From an uncultured Actinomycetota bacterium (GTDB taxonomy: Bacteria; Actinomycetota; Actinomycetes; Streptosporangiales; Streptosporangiaceae), in contig CAWIIX010000027.1 in the NCBI GenBank assembly GCA_963836195.1, positions 22,574 through 86,573 of the forward strand: a stretch of 64,000 nucleotides of DNA, given 5' to 3'. The translations under genes were made by a program, and so were the position numbers. Of the stretch, positions 38,864 through 48,050 are shown piece after piece (position 1 is the stretch's first letter; each line of letters starts with the position of its first letter). Under the pieces are notes generated by a model. That model did not search any database and had not been told where the DNA came from. It worked only from the letters and a program-made list of their open reading frames with translations.

Positions 38864-39437
38864 CCCAGACCCCTTTCGCCACCACATTGTGCACAGATAC
38901 GACGACGTGGGACACCGCACAACACGCGTGTCCTTCCGGGATGAAAGGTAGATCTTGGGAACGCCATACATCAAGGGCCGAAACACACCCGTGATCTAAT
39001 TGGACTAAACCCGTCGGCCTGCCTTACGCACGCTGCAACGGCGGCGAGAAAAGGTAGCCCTACATGGCGTACCGGTCAATGTTTGGGCGATCACTGACCC
39101 GTTAATATTTTATGGATAGTTTTATTTGCTAGATGCGTACTAACCATCATTCCGCCTCGCCGGGAGGCGCGTGGCGATCCGGTCCAGCCCCTCGGCGACC
39201 AGCGTGCCACCTCGTCCGCGTTCGGTCCGTAGCGCAGCGTATATCGCGCGATGCCGGTCTGTCGACCAGGAGGGAGGGTCCGTAGCGAGCGAAAAAAACT
39301 CGAAAATCAGCAGATTGACACGGCCGCACATTGGCCGCTACGTAACTTCGATCGACGTTTCCCGGATGCTGGCTCATGGCGGGCAAACCGCCTTATAGTT
39401 GCGCGATGCGGGGATGACTAATCACTGGAGAAAGCCC

Positions 39438-40199
39438 ATGACTACGGTGAGTAATCCGATGGTCGCGACAAAGGTGCTGATTATTGAAGACGATCCGAAC
39501 ATCGTCGATCTGATCCGCTCCAACCTGGTCGTGCGGGGCTTCGACACGGTCGTCTCCGCCGGGACCAAGGTGATCGACCTGTTTGACCTCGAGCAGCCGG
39601 ACATGGTCCTGCTCGACCTCATGCTCCCCGGGGCGGACGGGTTCGAGCTGTGCCGCGATCTCCGCGAGCGGTCACCCGTCGGGATCATCGTGGTGTCGGC
39701 CAGAGGCGGGGAGCAGGACAAGGTCACGGCGCTGAACATGGGCGCCGACGACTACATGACCAAGCCATTCGGCATTGAGGAGCTGCTCGCCCGGATCCAC
39801 GCCACGCTGCGCCGGACCCGGCCCGCCGCCGAGGCCACGGCCGAGCCCGCGCCGGCCAGGATCGCGGTCGGCGGCCTGTCGATCAACCTGGCGAGCAAGC
39901 AGGTGCAGCTCGCGGGGGCCGAGGTGCGCCTCACTCCGACCGAGTTCGCGCTGCTGCGCGAGCTCGCCATCAACCGGGGGAAGCTGCTGTCCCGCGCGCA
40001 CCTGCTACGCCAGGTCTGGGGCCAGGGGTACGAGGCGGAGACGGAATACGTCCGCACGTACATCAGCCGGCTGCGGGCCAAGCTGGAGTTGCCTGGCAGC
40101 CAGCCGCTGATCGTCACCCGGCAGCGAGCGGGCTATCTCATTCCGGCCGAAGGACGCGGCGCGGCCGGGGCGGGCCCCGCCGAAACGACTGGCATCTGA
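39438..40199 (+). CDS. OmpR/KdpE-like response regulator (no kinase adjacent)
   Basis: IIEDD, LDLMLPG.DG, GADDYMTKPF, LTPTEF, LRAKLE. Confidence 0.92.
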   Translation: MTTVSNPMVATKVLIIEDDPNIVDLIRSNLVVRGFDTVVSAGTKVIDLFDLEQPDMVLLDLMLPGADGFELCRDLRERSPVGIIVVSARGGEQDKVTALNMGADDYMTKPFGIEELLARIHATLRRTRPAAEATAEPAPARIAVGGLSINLASKQVQLAGAEVRLTPTEFALLRELAINRGKLLSRAHLLRQVWGQGYEAETEYVRTYISRLRAKLELPGSQPLIVTRQRAGYLIPAEGRGAAGAGPAETTGI

Positions 40200-40366
40200 C
40201 AGCTGGCTTCTGACCTCGGCAGACATCGGATCATTGACAAAATATTTCCGTGCCACGCAATTGACGCCTGCCGAAACCTGGGGGAATCTCACTGTCAGAA
40301 AGCCAAAAACATCCGATGAACAGCCGGCGCGCCGCGTGCCCGCTCCCCGATCACGGAGGCTGACAC

Positions 40367-42856
40367 ATGTTCTCGCTAACCCTCCCCCGCCGGTGGGTGG
40401 CGCTGGCCGTGGCCTTGGTGCTGGCGGCAGCGCTCGCCATCCCCGCGTTCAGCGCCACGCCCGCGCGTGCGGCCACGCCCGAGCCCTGTGACATCTACGC
40501 TTCGGGCGGTACTCCGTGCGAGGCGGCCTACAGCACCACCCGGGCGCTGTTCGAGGCCTATGACGGACCGCTTTACCAGGTCCAGCGCGCCTCCGACTCG
40601 ACGTTCCTCAACGTCGGCCTGGAATCGACCGGCGGGGTTGTCAACGTGGCGCCAGAGAACTCGTTCTGCGCCGGCACGACGTGCACCATAACCGAGCTGT
40701 ACGACCAGACCTCCAACGCCAACAACATGCCGATCTCGCCGGGCACGTCCTGCTCGGGTTGCAGTGGCGGGAACGCGGGCCCCGGCCCCGGCGGCGCGGA
40801 CATCGGCGCCCCGGCCGAGGCGCTGCCGGTGTACGTCGGCGGTCAGCCGGCGTACGGGATCTACTTCAACAAGTTCGGCACCGGCTACCGCGACAACTCC
40901 GCCCGCAACCTCCCCACCGGCTCTCAGCCCGACGGGCTGTACGCCGTCATGTCTTCCAACATCACCAGCAACCAGTGCTGCTTTGACTTCGGCCAGGGCG
41001 AGACCAACGACTCCGACGACGGCAACGCCACGATGAACGCGATCTACTACGGCACCGACTGCTGGACGGGCAACTGCACCGGCCCCGGTCCCTGGGTGGG
41101 GGCCGACATTGAAAACGGCATGTACTTCAGCAACACCGGCAACAATCCCCCGGCCTATCCGAGCGAGAACGGCACGTTCCTCTCCGCCTGGGAGGAGAAC
41201 AACGGCGGGACCAACATGACCCTGCAGTACGGCAACGCCCAGTCAGGCGGACTGATCCAGACTTATTCGGGCGCGTTGCCCAGCGGCGGCTATGACCCGA
41301 TGAAGATCCAGAGCTCCATCGAGCTCGGCACCGGGGGCGACAACACGAGTCTGGGCGACGGGGAGTTCTTCGAAGCCGCCGACGTCTCCGGTTTCCCGTC
41401 CGAGGCCACCCAGAGCGCGGTCCAGGCGAACATCGTCGCGGCCGGCTACAGCCAGACGCGAGCGGGCGAGGGCGCCTTCGGCGGCACCGCGGCCGAGGTG
41501 CCGGGCACCGTGCAGGCCGTCAACTACGACACCGGCGGGCAAGGCGTGGGCTACAACGTCAGCTCCGTCAACGGCACGGCCGACAGCTACCGCAGCGACG
41601 GGGTTGACCTGGAGGCGACCAGCGACACCACCGATACGACCGGCGCCGGCGCCGGCTACGACCTCGGCTGGACCGGCGGCGGGCAGTGGACCCGGTACAC
41701 GGTCAACGCGGCCAGCGCCGGCACCTACACGGTGAGCTTGCGGGTGGCCTCTCCCAGCGGTGTCACCGACGCCCTGCACATCGCCAACCTCGCGGGCACC
41801 AACCTGTCGGGCAATATCAATATCCCGGCCACCGGGGGCTGGCAGGACTGGACGACGGTGACGGCCACCGTCACGCTGCCCGCGGGCACCCAGACATTGG
41901 TCGTCGACCAGGACAACGGGGGGTGGAACCTCCACGCGATGAGCTTCGCCCCTTCCGGCGTCAGCTCGTCGTGGTTCGAGGTGGTCAACCAGAGCTCCGG
42001 CCTGTGCGCCACCGCGGCCGGGGGCTCGACCGCCAACGGCACCGCCGTCGTCCAGCAGGCCTGCACAAGCGCGGCCAGCCAGCTCTGGAAGTTCGTGCCG
42101 ACCTCGGTCAGCGGCTACTACGACGTGGTCAACGACAACGCCCAGGCCGAAGACGAGACCTGGAACATCACCGGCGGGGTGGGCGCCACCGCCCCCGGGG
42201 ACACGCTCCAGATCTGGAACTACGGAGGGACCGGCAACACCAACGCCCTGTTCTCGGCCAAGCTCGGGTCCTCGGGCTCCTACACGTTCGTGGCCGATAA
42301 CTCGGGCCTGTGCCTGGACGCCCCTTCTGCCGGCAGCGGCGTTCAGCTCGTGCAGTCCACCTGCAACAGCAGCTCGGCCCAGGCGTTCAGCCTGGTGCCC
42401 AACTCGGGCATCAACTCCTCGTCGTGGCTTGAGGTGGTGAACGAGGGCTCCGGCCTGTGCGCAAGCGCGGCCGGGGGCTCGACCGCCAACGGCACCGCCG
42501 TGGAGCAGCTGGCCTGCACCGGGGCCACGAGCCAGCTCTGGCAGTTCGTGCCGACGTCGGTGAGCGGCTACTACGAGGTGGTCAACGAGAACGCCCAGTC
42601 CGAGGGCGAGAGCTGGAACATCACCGGCGGAGTTGGGGCCACCGCACCGGGCGACACGCTCCAGACCTGGAACTACGGAGGGACCGGCAACACCAACGCC
42701 TTGTTCGCCGCCGGCCTGCAGTACTCCGGCTACTACTCCTTCGCCGCCGACAACTCGGGCCTGTGCCTGGACGCCCCTTCCACCGGCAGCGGAGTTCAGC
42801 TCGAGCAGTACGCCTGCAACGGCACGCCGTCTCAGGCGTTCAGCCTGGTGCCCTGA
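40367..42856 (+). CDS. Secreted GH54 alpha-L-arabinofuranosidase B-like catalytic domain + CBM6-like + two ricin-B domains
   Basis: Signal peptide; PCDIY, CCFDFG, ADIENG, GTGGDN; ATGGWQDW; repeated QLW/ricin units. Confidence 0.88.
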   Translation: MFSLTLPRRWVALAVALVLAAALAIPAFSATPARAATPEPCDIYASGGTPCEAAYSTTRALFEAYDGPLYQVQRASDSTFLNVGLESTGGVVNVAPENSFCAGTTCTITELYDQTSNANNMPISPGTSCSGCSGGNAGPGPGGADIGAPAEALPVYVGGQPAYGIYFNKFGTGYRDNSARNLPTGSQPDGLYAVMSSNITSNQCCFDFGQGETNDSDDGNATMNAIYYGTDCWTGNCTGPGPWVGADIENGMYFSNTGNNPPAYPSENGTFLSAWEENNGGTNMTLQYGNAQSGGLIQTYSGALPSGGYDPMKIQSSIELGTGGDNTSLGDGEFFEAADVSGFPSEATQSAVQANIVAAGYSQTRAGEGAFGGTAAEVPGTVQAVNYDTGGQGVGYNVSSVNGTADSYRSDGVDLEATSDTTDTTGAGAGYDLGWTGGGQWTRYTVNAASAGTYTVSLRVASPSGVTDALHIANLAGTNLSGNINIPATGGWQDWTTVTATVTLPAGTQTLVVDQDNGGWNLHAMSFAPSGVSSSWFEVVNQSSGLCATAAGGSTANGTAVVQQACTSAASQLWKFVPTSVSGYYDVVNDNAQAEDETWNITGGVGATAPGDTLQIWNYGGTGNTNALFSAKLGSSGSYTFVADNSGLCLDAPSAGSGVQLVQSTCNSSSAQAFSLVPNSGINSSSWLEVVNEGSGLCASAAGGSTANGTAVEQLACTGATSQLWQFVPTSVSGYYEVVNENAQSEGESWNITGGVGATAPGDTLQTWNYGGTGNTNALFAAGLQYSGYYSFAADNSGLCLDAPSTGSGVQLEQYACNGTPSQAFSLVP
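41966..42853 (+). repeat. 453-bp intragenic duplication (two ricin-type domains)
   Basis: SSWFEVVNQSSGLC...FSLVP vs SSWLEVVNEGSGLC...FSLVP; units start at 41966 and 42419. Confidence 0.9.
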
Positions 42857-42926
42857 GAGTGGAGTAGACAGCCAGGCCATGGGGGCGCGGGGAACCACGC
42901 GCCAGGCCCGTGCGCAGCCTATGAAA

Positions 42927-42968
42927 CCTAGGGCCGCCTCACGCCCGTCGCGGCGAGGCGGCCTTAGG
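42927..42968. terminator. Stem-loop between convergent genes
   Basis: CCTAGGGCCGCCTC...GAGGCGGCCTTAGG. Confidence 0.65.
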
Positions 42969-42987
42969 CTTCCGCACTGCGCACCGG

Positions 42988-43419
42988 TTACGCGGTTACC
43001 GCGATCAGCGGACCTTCGGCGAAACCGGCGATGGGCAGCTGGACCGACCCGGCGGCCGTCACCTCAAAGGCCGTGATTATCACGGTGAACACGTACACGG
43101 CGTCAGCCAGCAGAGTGTTCGGCGGGATCGTAATGGTTGGCTGGTAGGAAACCGGGCCAGATGTGGGAATGGGAGTCACCGGCGCCACGATGGAGTTGTC
43201 CACCGAAATCGACCCCGCAGGACCGATCGGGTCGGCGTACAGGATGGCGTTGAACTGTATGCTGCCAAGCAGCGCCACTGCGCCGCCGGTGAAACTCCAC
43301 TCCACCTGCACGGAGCCGCCCGCCGCGGCCGACAGCATGGCGGTCGTGTTGCCGGAGGAATCCAATACGTTCATGTCCGGGCCGATTCCCGTCAGGAACG
43401 AGCTGAGGTCTTGCCACAT
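42988..43419 (-). CDS. Hypothetical 143-aa beta-rich protein with no Lys, Arg, His or Cys
   Basis: Clean ORF, GAAAGG RBS, downstream hairpin; C-terminus IAGFAEGPLIAV resembles that of 43928..44959. Confidence 0.8.
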   Translation of the reverse strand: MWQDLSSFLTGIGPDMNVLDSSGNTTAMLSAAAGGSVQVEWSFTGGAVALLGSIQFNAILYADPIGPAGSISVDNSIVAPVTPIPTSGPVSYQPTITIPPNTLLADAVYVFTVIITAFEVTAAGSVQLPIAGFAEGPLIAVTA

Positions 43420-43483
43420 AGTCGGGCTTCCTTTCCTCGCGTCCCGCGCACGCGGGACGATGTCGTGCGGGCAACGCTAGGAA

Positions 43484-43540
43484 GCGGCGCTTAACGGGGC
43501 CTGCCAGCGCGCTTAACGGGTATGCCTGGTGGATTAAGCC
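43484..43540 (-). promoter_or_regulatory. Three phased TTAA boxes (putative SARP sites) with a -10-like TAGCGT nearby
   Basis: TTAA at 43491, 43513, 43534 (22 and 21 bp apart); GCGCTTAAC occurs twice. Confidence 0.65.
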
Positions 43541-43627
43541 ACCGACGGCTTTCTGGCCGCGTGGAATGTTTGCCGACAGCCGGGTAGCTGATGGGTGAGA
43601 ACAGACAGGCGTCGTTAGGTGATCCTC

Positions 43628-43909
43628 ATGCCGGAAAGACACGAGATGATTCTGGGCGGCCGCGCGCAGTCTGGTGCCGAGGAGTGGTACTGCCCGTCCT
43701 GCGGGCGGCGGATGCTGCTGCGGTGGCCCCCGGACTACGAGAAGATCGTGCTCGAGCATGGGGATGACTCTGCGGTCCACGTCGGGGGCAAAGGCGGATT
43801 GCGGGTCGGCGGCGCCACCATCCTCCCGGAACCGCTGCCGGACATGGACGGCACCGACGTGCGGTGGCTGCGCGACCACGGCATCGACTGGGACGGCGAG
43901 TCCGCCTGA
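43628..43909 (+). CDS. Small hypothetical Zn-ribbon-like protein
   Basis: HEM...EEWYCPSCGRR...WPP...VHVGGKGG; divergent from 42988..43419. Confidence 0.75.
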   Translation: MPERHEMILGGRAQSGAEEWYCPSCGRRMLLRWPPDYEKIVLEHGDDSAVHVGGKGGLRVGGATILPEPLPDMDGTDVRWLRDHGIDWDGESA

Positions 43910-43927
43910 CACCCGGTCGGCCCGCCA

Positions 43928-44959
43928 CTACCCGGGAACGACCTGCAGCAGCAGTCCCTCGGCCATCACGGCAACCCGGGCCGGGCGGTCTGCGCCAGGC
44001 TCCCGCAGGGTGACCGCGCCGTCAAGCCGGTAGATCCCAGCCGGCAATCCGGCCGTCTTGATCTCGATACTCGACGACAAGGACGCGGCTAGCAGGCCAT
44101 CCTCCTGGGCGAGGGTGCGTTTCGGTCCGCCGGTCAGCGGTCTGGCGACGACGATCGCGCTGTAAACGAGCCGCGCGGCTGGCAGCGTTTCGAACTCGAC
44201 GTTCATGGTCACGGCGAACGGCTCGCCCGTCCGCAGTGCGGTGCGTTCTACCGACAGAACCGCCGACGACTTCAGGCGGGAGCGGGTAGCCGCATCAAGC
44301 GCCACAGTGGAGGTCACGGACTCGCTGGCGAATCGCGCCCCGGTTGGCGAACTGGACGCGGCCGTGGTCGGCGCACCTTGAGGCGGCGCTACCGCCGCCG
44401 ACGCCATCTCGTCACTGCGCGTCGGACCGGACAATTGCGCCGCTGGCTCTGGTGACGAGGGCGGGGCTGAGGGAGCCAGGGAATCGGCGACCGCAGTTTC
44501 GATGAACTCGGGCAGCCCCGCACGGTCCAGCCCCGGCCAGTGCCGTTCGTGCCCGGTCCGCACGTGCTGTGCGGTCATCCGCCGGACGGAACCGTCTTCG
44601 TTGAGCAAGATCCGGACCAGGAAACTTTCGTAGCGCTGCCCGTTCTTCTCCGTGTCCGGCTCACGCTCCGGGTTCGGGTCGGGGTCCGGGTCGTCGGCGG
44701 CCGACGACGGGCGAGCGAACGCCTCCGCCTGCAGCGCTCGCGCCTGGGAACGCCACCCGTCCACCCGGGCGGCGGACAGCCCGGAGACATCGCGCAGTAG
44801 TGCGATGATCTCGCCGGGAGCGTGCGCCGCGAGCGCGGCGAAGCTTCCGATGCCTCTCGCCCTCAGCCGCTCGGCAGTCTTCGTGCCAATGCCGATAATC
44901 CGCGTAAGGTCGTCGCCGGCGATCTCATCGCCCTGACCCTGGACTCTAGCCACAGCCAC
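43928..44959 (-). CDS. Helix-hairpin-helix (HHH_5/DUF4332-like) multidomain hypothetical protein
   Basis: DDLTRIIGIGTKTAERLRARGIGSFAALA; central SFLVR...HVRTG.E..W block; C-terminal beta domain; GAGGAGG RBS. Confidence 0.78.
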   Translation of the reverse strand: MAVARVQGQGDEIAGDDLTRIIGIGTKTAERLRARGIGSFAALAAHAPGEIIALLRDVSGLSAARVDGWRSQARALQAEAFARPSSAADDPDPDPNPEREPDTEKNGQRYESFLVRILLNEDGSVRRMTAQHVRTGHERHWPGLDRAGLPEFIETAVADSLAPSAPPSSPEPAAQLSGPTRSDEMASAAVAPPQGAPTTAASSSPTGARFASESVTSTVALDAATRSRLKSSAVLSVERTALRTGEPFAVTMNVEFETLPAARLVYSAIVVARPLTGGPKRTLAQEDGLLAASLSSSIEIKTAGLPAGIYRLDGAVTLREPGADRPARVAVMAEGLLLQVVPG

Positions 44960-44993
44960 CGCTACCTCCTCGTGCCTGCCGACAGGCTCGCGG

Positions 44994-45056
44994 GCGGCGC
45001 TTAACTCGCGCCCGCGCAGCGCTTAGCCGAGGGGCGGGCCGCGGTTAATGGTTAAT
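44994..45056 (-). promoter_or_regulatory. Three phased TTA(A/G) boxes (putative SARP sites)
   Basis: TTAAC 45001, TTAGC 45023, TTAAT 45045, exactly 22 bp apart; GCGGCGCTTAAC identical to 43484. Confidence 0.68.
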
Positions 45057-45074
45057 GGGGCGCGAGCTACTAGC

Positions 45075-47816
45075 TCACACCCGCTCGTGCCCGCGGATGC
45101 GCCGATGAAGGTCCCTCGTTGACGGGCCGGTTTCCACGCCGAGCTCATCCGCCAGTGCCTGCACACACAACCGGTACTGCATCAGGGCGAGGTGCGGCAG
45201 GCCCTGCCTGCTGTAGGAGCGCATCAGCCGCCGGTGCGCGTCTTCCCTGCACCGGTCGCGCTCGATGATGCGCTGACACAGGTTCACACAGGCGGTGTAA
45301 TGCTCGGCGTCGAAGTAGAGGCCGCTCAGACGGCCGAGAGCGTCCAGATAGGCAAGGCGCAGACGTTCCCGGGTGAGCGCGGCCCAATCCTCGTACGGGT
45401 CGTCCGCCATAAAGTCCCCGCGGTACAGATTCGCTGCGAACTCGTATTGGCGCGTGGCCGCCGCGACGTCCCCGGCCTTCTCCAGCCGACGTGCGGACTC
45501 CACCCGACTGTCGAACTCCTCGAAGTCCAGCCACAGCGAAAAGTCGCAATTGATCCGGTAGACACCACCGCTGTGCACAACGACTGGCGTCTCGGTCACG
45601 CCCCGCAGCGTCCGCCGCAGCGCGTGGATCGCGACATTGAGGCTGTTTCGCGATGCCTCCTGTGACGCCTGCGGCCAGAACGCCTCCGTCAGCACCTCGC
45701 GTGGAGGCCACGGCTTGCGGTGCGTCAGCAGGTACCCGAGCAGCGAGCGGCAGCGGGCGCTCGGCCAGTCCTGCACCGCGACGTCCTCGAGCGCGACGTA
45801 CAGCGGACCGAGCAGGTGGACCGCGAGTTCTCCGGCCGCTCCCGCAGCCGACGGCGCCGGGAGAGCGGCCGGCCAGTCAGCCGAGCCGACCGCCGGGGCG
45901 CTAGCTCGAGCAGGCCGCGCCGCGTCCGATGCGACGGCGTCCACGGCGATCGGTGGCGCCGGCGGCACAGGAGCGTCCCGTGTCGCAAGCAGCGTACGCC
46001 GCAGCCGGACGAGCGGCCAGCGGCCGGCTCGCGTGCTCGCCGACTGACCCGGCACGGGCTGCCCCACAACGGGGAACTTCAGCGGCGCGGGTGCAGTGCT
46101 CCACCCGTGCGCCCCGAACACCTCTGCGTTCGCGCCGACGTCCACCGTGGCCGCGGTCATGAGCTGGTTGAGCGCGGCGTGCTCGCTGTCTTCGAGCACG
46201 CACTGCGCTTTGCGGTGGGCTTCCTGCTCCTGGCGCAGCTCCGTCACCCGCGCCGCCAGCTCGGCGGTGGCCCTGACCGGGCCTGCCGCGATCGCCGCGC
46301 CGGCGGAAGCCGCGGGAGGCGCGACTGCGCCGCAGAACGACGCGAGCGCGGCGTCGCTGTCTCCTGCCGCAAGCGCGACGCGTCCCAGCTGCCAGGAGGC
46401 CCACATCTGGACCTGCGGCAGATCCGCCGCCGCCGCTAGCGAACGAGCTGCTGACGCTCGGGACGCGGCGTCGGCGAGGTCGCCGGCCTCGGCGGCCACC
46501 GCGCTTCCCGCCAGGATGCTGCGTGACTCGCCGTCGAGGTCGCCGCGCTTGTCGAACTGTGCCGCGGCGAGATCGAACCAGCGGCGTGCGGTCGCCGCCT
46601 CACCGTGGATCGCCGCGATGTCAGCCCGGCAGCAGCTCAGGTTGGGATACTTGCCGAGCAGGTTGTCGGGTAGCTCGGCTAGCAAGCGGTCTACCGTCGC
46701 CCACTCGCCGCGATCCATGAAGGTCGCCGCTTCGCCGGACAGTGCCCGTGCGGCGCAGTCGTGATCACCGATCTCCAGGTACAGGCTGATGGCACGGTCG
46801 CTCGCGCCGGCGGCGAGCAGCCAGTCGGCAGCCTCGTGCAGGCTGTCGCGGCCGGGCATGGCCCGGCGCCCGAGTACCGCGGTCACCGACTGCCGCCACC
46901 ACGGGCGGACGCGCGCCCACCCCTCCTCGAGGCGCTGGAACCAGGGGCCGGGCAGCAGCTGCCCGCCGTTGCCGATAACCGCCGCCAGGGCGGGGTGCAT
47001 GTAGTCGACCCGGGCCGCCAGGCCGAGCACTCGCCGGTCTTCGCGTTCGGCGTCCACGAGCAGGGTCTCCACCGTGCGAAGCATCAGGTCCTCAGTGCCG
47101 GCCGCCCGCATGAGCAAAGGCTCTAGCGGGGAGCCGGCGACGGCCAGCTCGCTGATTCCCGCGATAACCGGAGCGCGGCCGGCGATGAGCGTCAACGCCC
47201 GTTCCCGTGCGCGCGCCGTCAGATCCGGCGCGCACCCGGCGAGCAGCCGCCGGACGGCCGGCGTGGTAAGCCGCACGTCATCGGTGGACTTGCGGCTGTA
47301 CATGGCGGTGGGGAGCCCCTGCGGCTCCCGGTGGCTCACCAGCACGCACGGCGCGGCGTCGGCCAGTCCGGGGAGCAGGTGCCGACCGGCGAGCGACAGC
47401 GTGGGGCTGTCGGCCGATGCCAGGTGGATGTCCTCGAAGACCACGACGCCATCTGGCAAAATGTCACCGCGCAGGTCCACGGCCAGCTGCGCGAACAACG
47501 CCGGCCAGCCGAACACCGGCCCCGGGTGCTCCCGCATCCGGGCGAGCGTCGCCTGACCCGCTTCGCTCCCCCGCCGCCGGGCCGCTGCGATCACCGACAA
47601 GAGAAACGTCGCTGGGTCACGGTCCTCCGGCCCCAGGCGTACCCAAAGCGGGTGCCGCCGCAGCCGCGCGAGCGCCAGCGACAGCCCCTCGGTCAGCAGG
47701 TAACCCTCCGGGGCGTCGATCAGGGCGACTCCCCCGCTCGCGGTGTCGGCGAAGACGTCATCGGCCATGTCGGGACCGCATGGCAGCGGAGAAAGCAGCT
47801 TCGCCTCGAACGTCAT
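45075..47816 (-). CDS. Large regulator: degenerate MalT-like N-terminus + TPR-like region + C-terminal SARP (wHTH-BTAD)
   Basis: VHLLGP, REVLTEAFWP...RNSLNVAIHALRR, LYRGDF...YEDW...RERL, REDAHRRLMRSY; Walker A remnant APEGYLLT. Confidence 0.88.
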   Translation of the reverse strand: MTFEAKLLSPLPCGPDMADDVFADTASGGVALIDAPEGYLLTEGLSLALARLRRHPLWVRLGPEDRDPATFLLSVIAAARRRGSEAGQATLARMREHPGPVFGWPALFAQLAVDLRGDILPDGVVVFEDIHLASADSPTLSLAGRHLLPGLADAAPCVLVSHREPQGLPTAMYSRKSTDDVRLTTPAVRRLLAGCAPDLTARARERALTLIAGRAPVIAGISELAVAGSPLEPLLMRAAGTEDLMLRTVETLLVDAEREDRRVLGLAARVDYMHPALAAVIGNGGQLLPGPWFQRLEEGWARVRPWWRQSVTAVLGRRAMPGRDSLHEAADWLLAAGASDRAISLYLEIGDHDCAARALSGEAATFMDRGEWATVDRLLAELPDNLLGKYPNLSCCRADIAAIHGEAATARRWFDLAAAQFDKRGDLDGESRSILAGSAVAAEAGDLADAASRASAARSLAAAADLPQVQMWASWQLGRVALAAGDSDAALASFCGAVAPPAASAGAAIAAGPVRATAELAARVTELRQEQEAHRKAQCVLEDSEHAALNQLMTAATVDVGANAEVFGAHGWSTAPAPLKFPVVGQPVPGQSASTRAGRWPLVRLRRTLLATRDAPVPPAPPIAVDAVASDAARPARASAPAVGSADWPAALPAPSAAGAAGELAVHLLGPLYVALEDVAVQDWPSARCRSLLGYLLTHRKPWPPREVLTEAFWPQASQEASRNSLNVAIHALRRTLRGVTETPVVVHSGGVYRINCDFSLWLDFEEFDSRVESARRLEKAGDVAAATRQYEFAANLYRGDFMADDPYEDWAALTRERLRLAYLDALGRLSGLYFDAEHYTACVNLCQRIIERDRCREDAHRRLMRSYSRQGLPHLALMQYRLCVQALADELGVETGPSTRDLHRRIRGHERV

Positions 47817-48050
47817 GCCACCCCCCGGGATCCAGGCGGCATCCCGCGCACGCGTTGCTTCGGTTATCTCCTACGTCACCTGAAATGGCATGTCAAGTTA
47901 TTAACAAAGCCGTCATGACCAGCAAGCACTTCCGGGGCAACACTCGTCACTTGCTCACGTCACCATCGCAGCAGCATCAGTTCGGTGCTGACACCAGGAG
48001 TTTGTTTGGGCGGTTGCGCCGCCGACCTCGGTTTCCCTGGTGAACACTTT

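Noticed and set aside
41243-42898. Long antisense ORFs (also 33570..35243, 58002..59675, 48304..49614)
   Set aside because: Typical stop-poor shadow frames of high-GC genes with no motifs.
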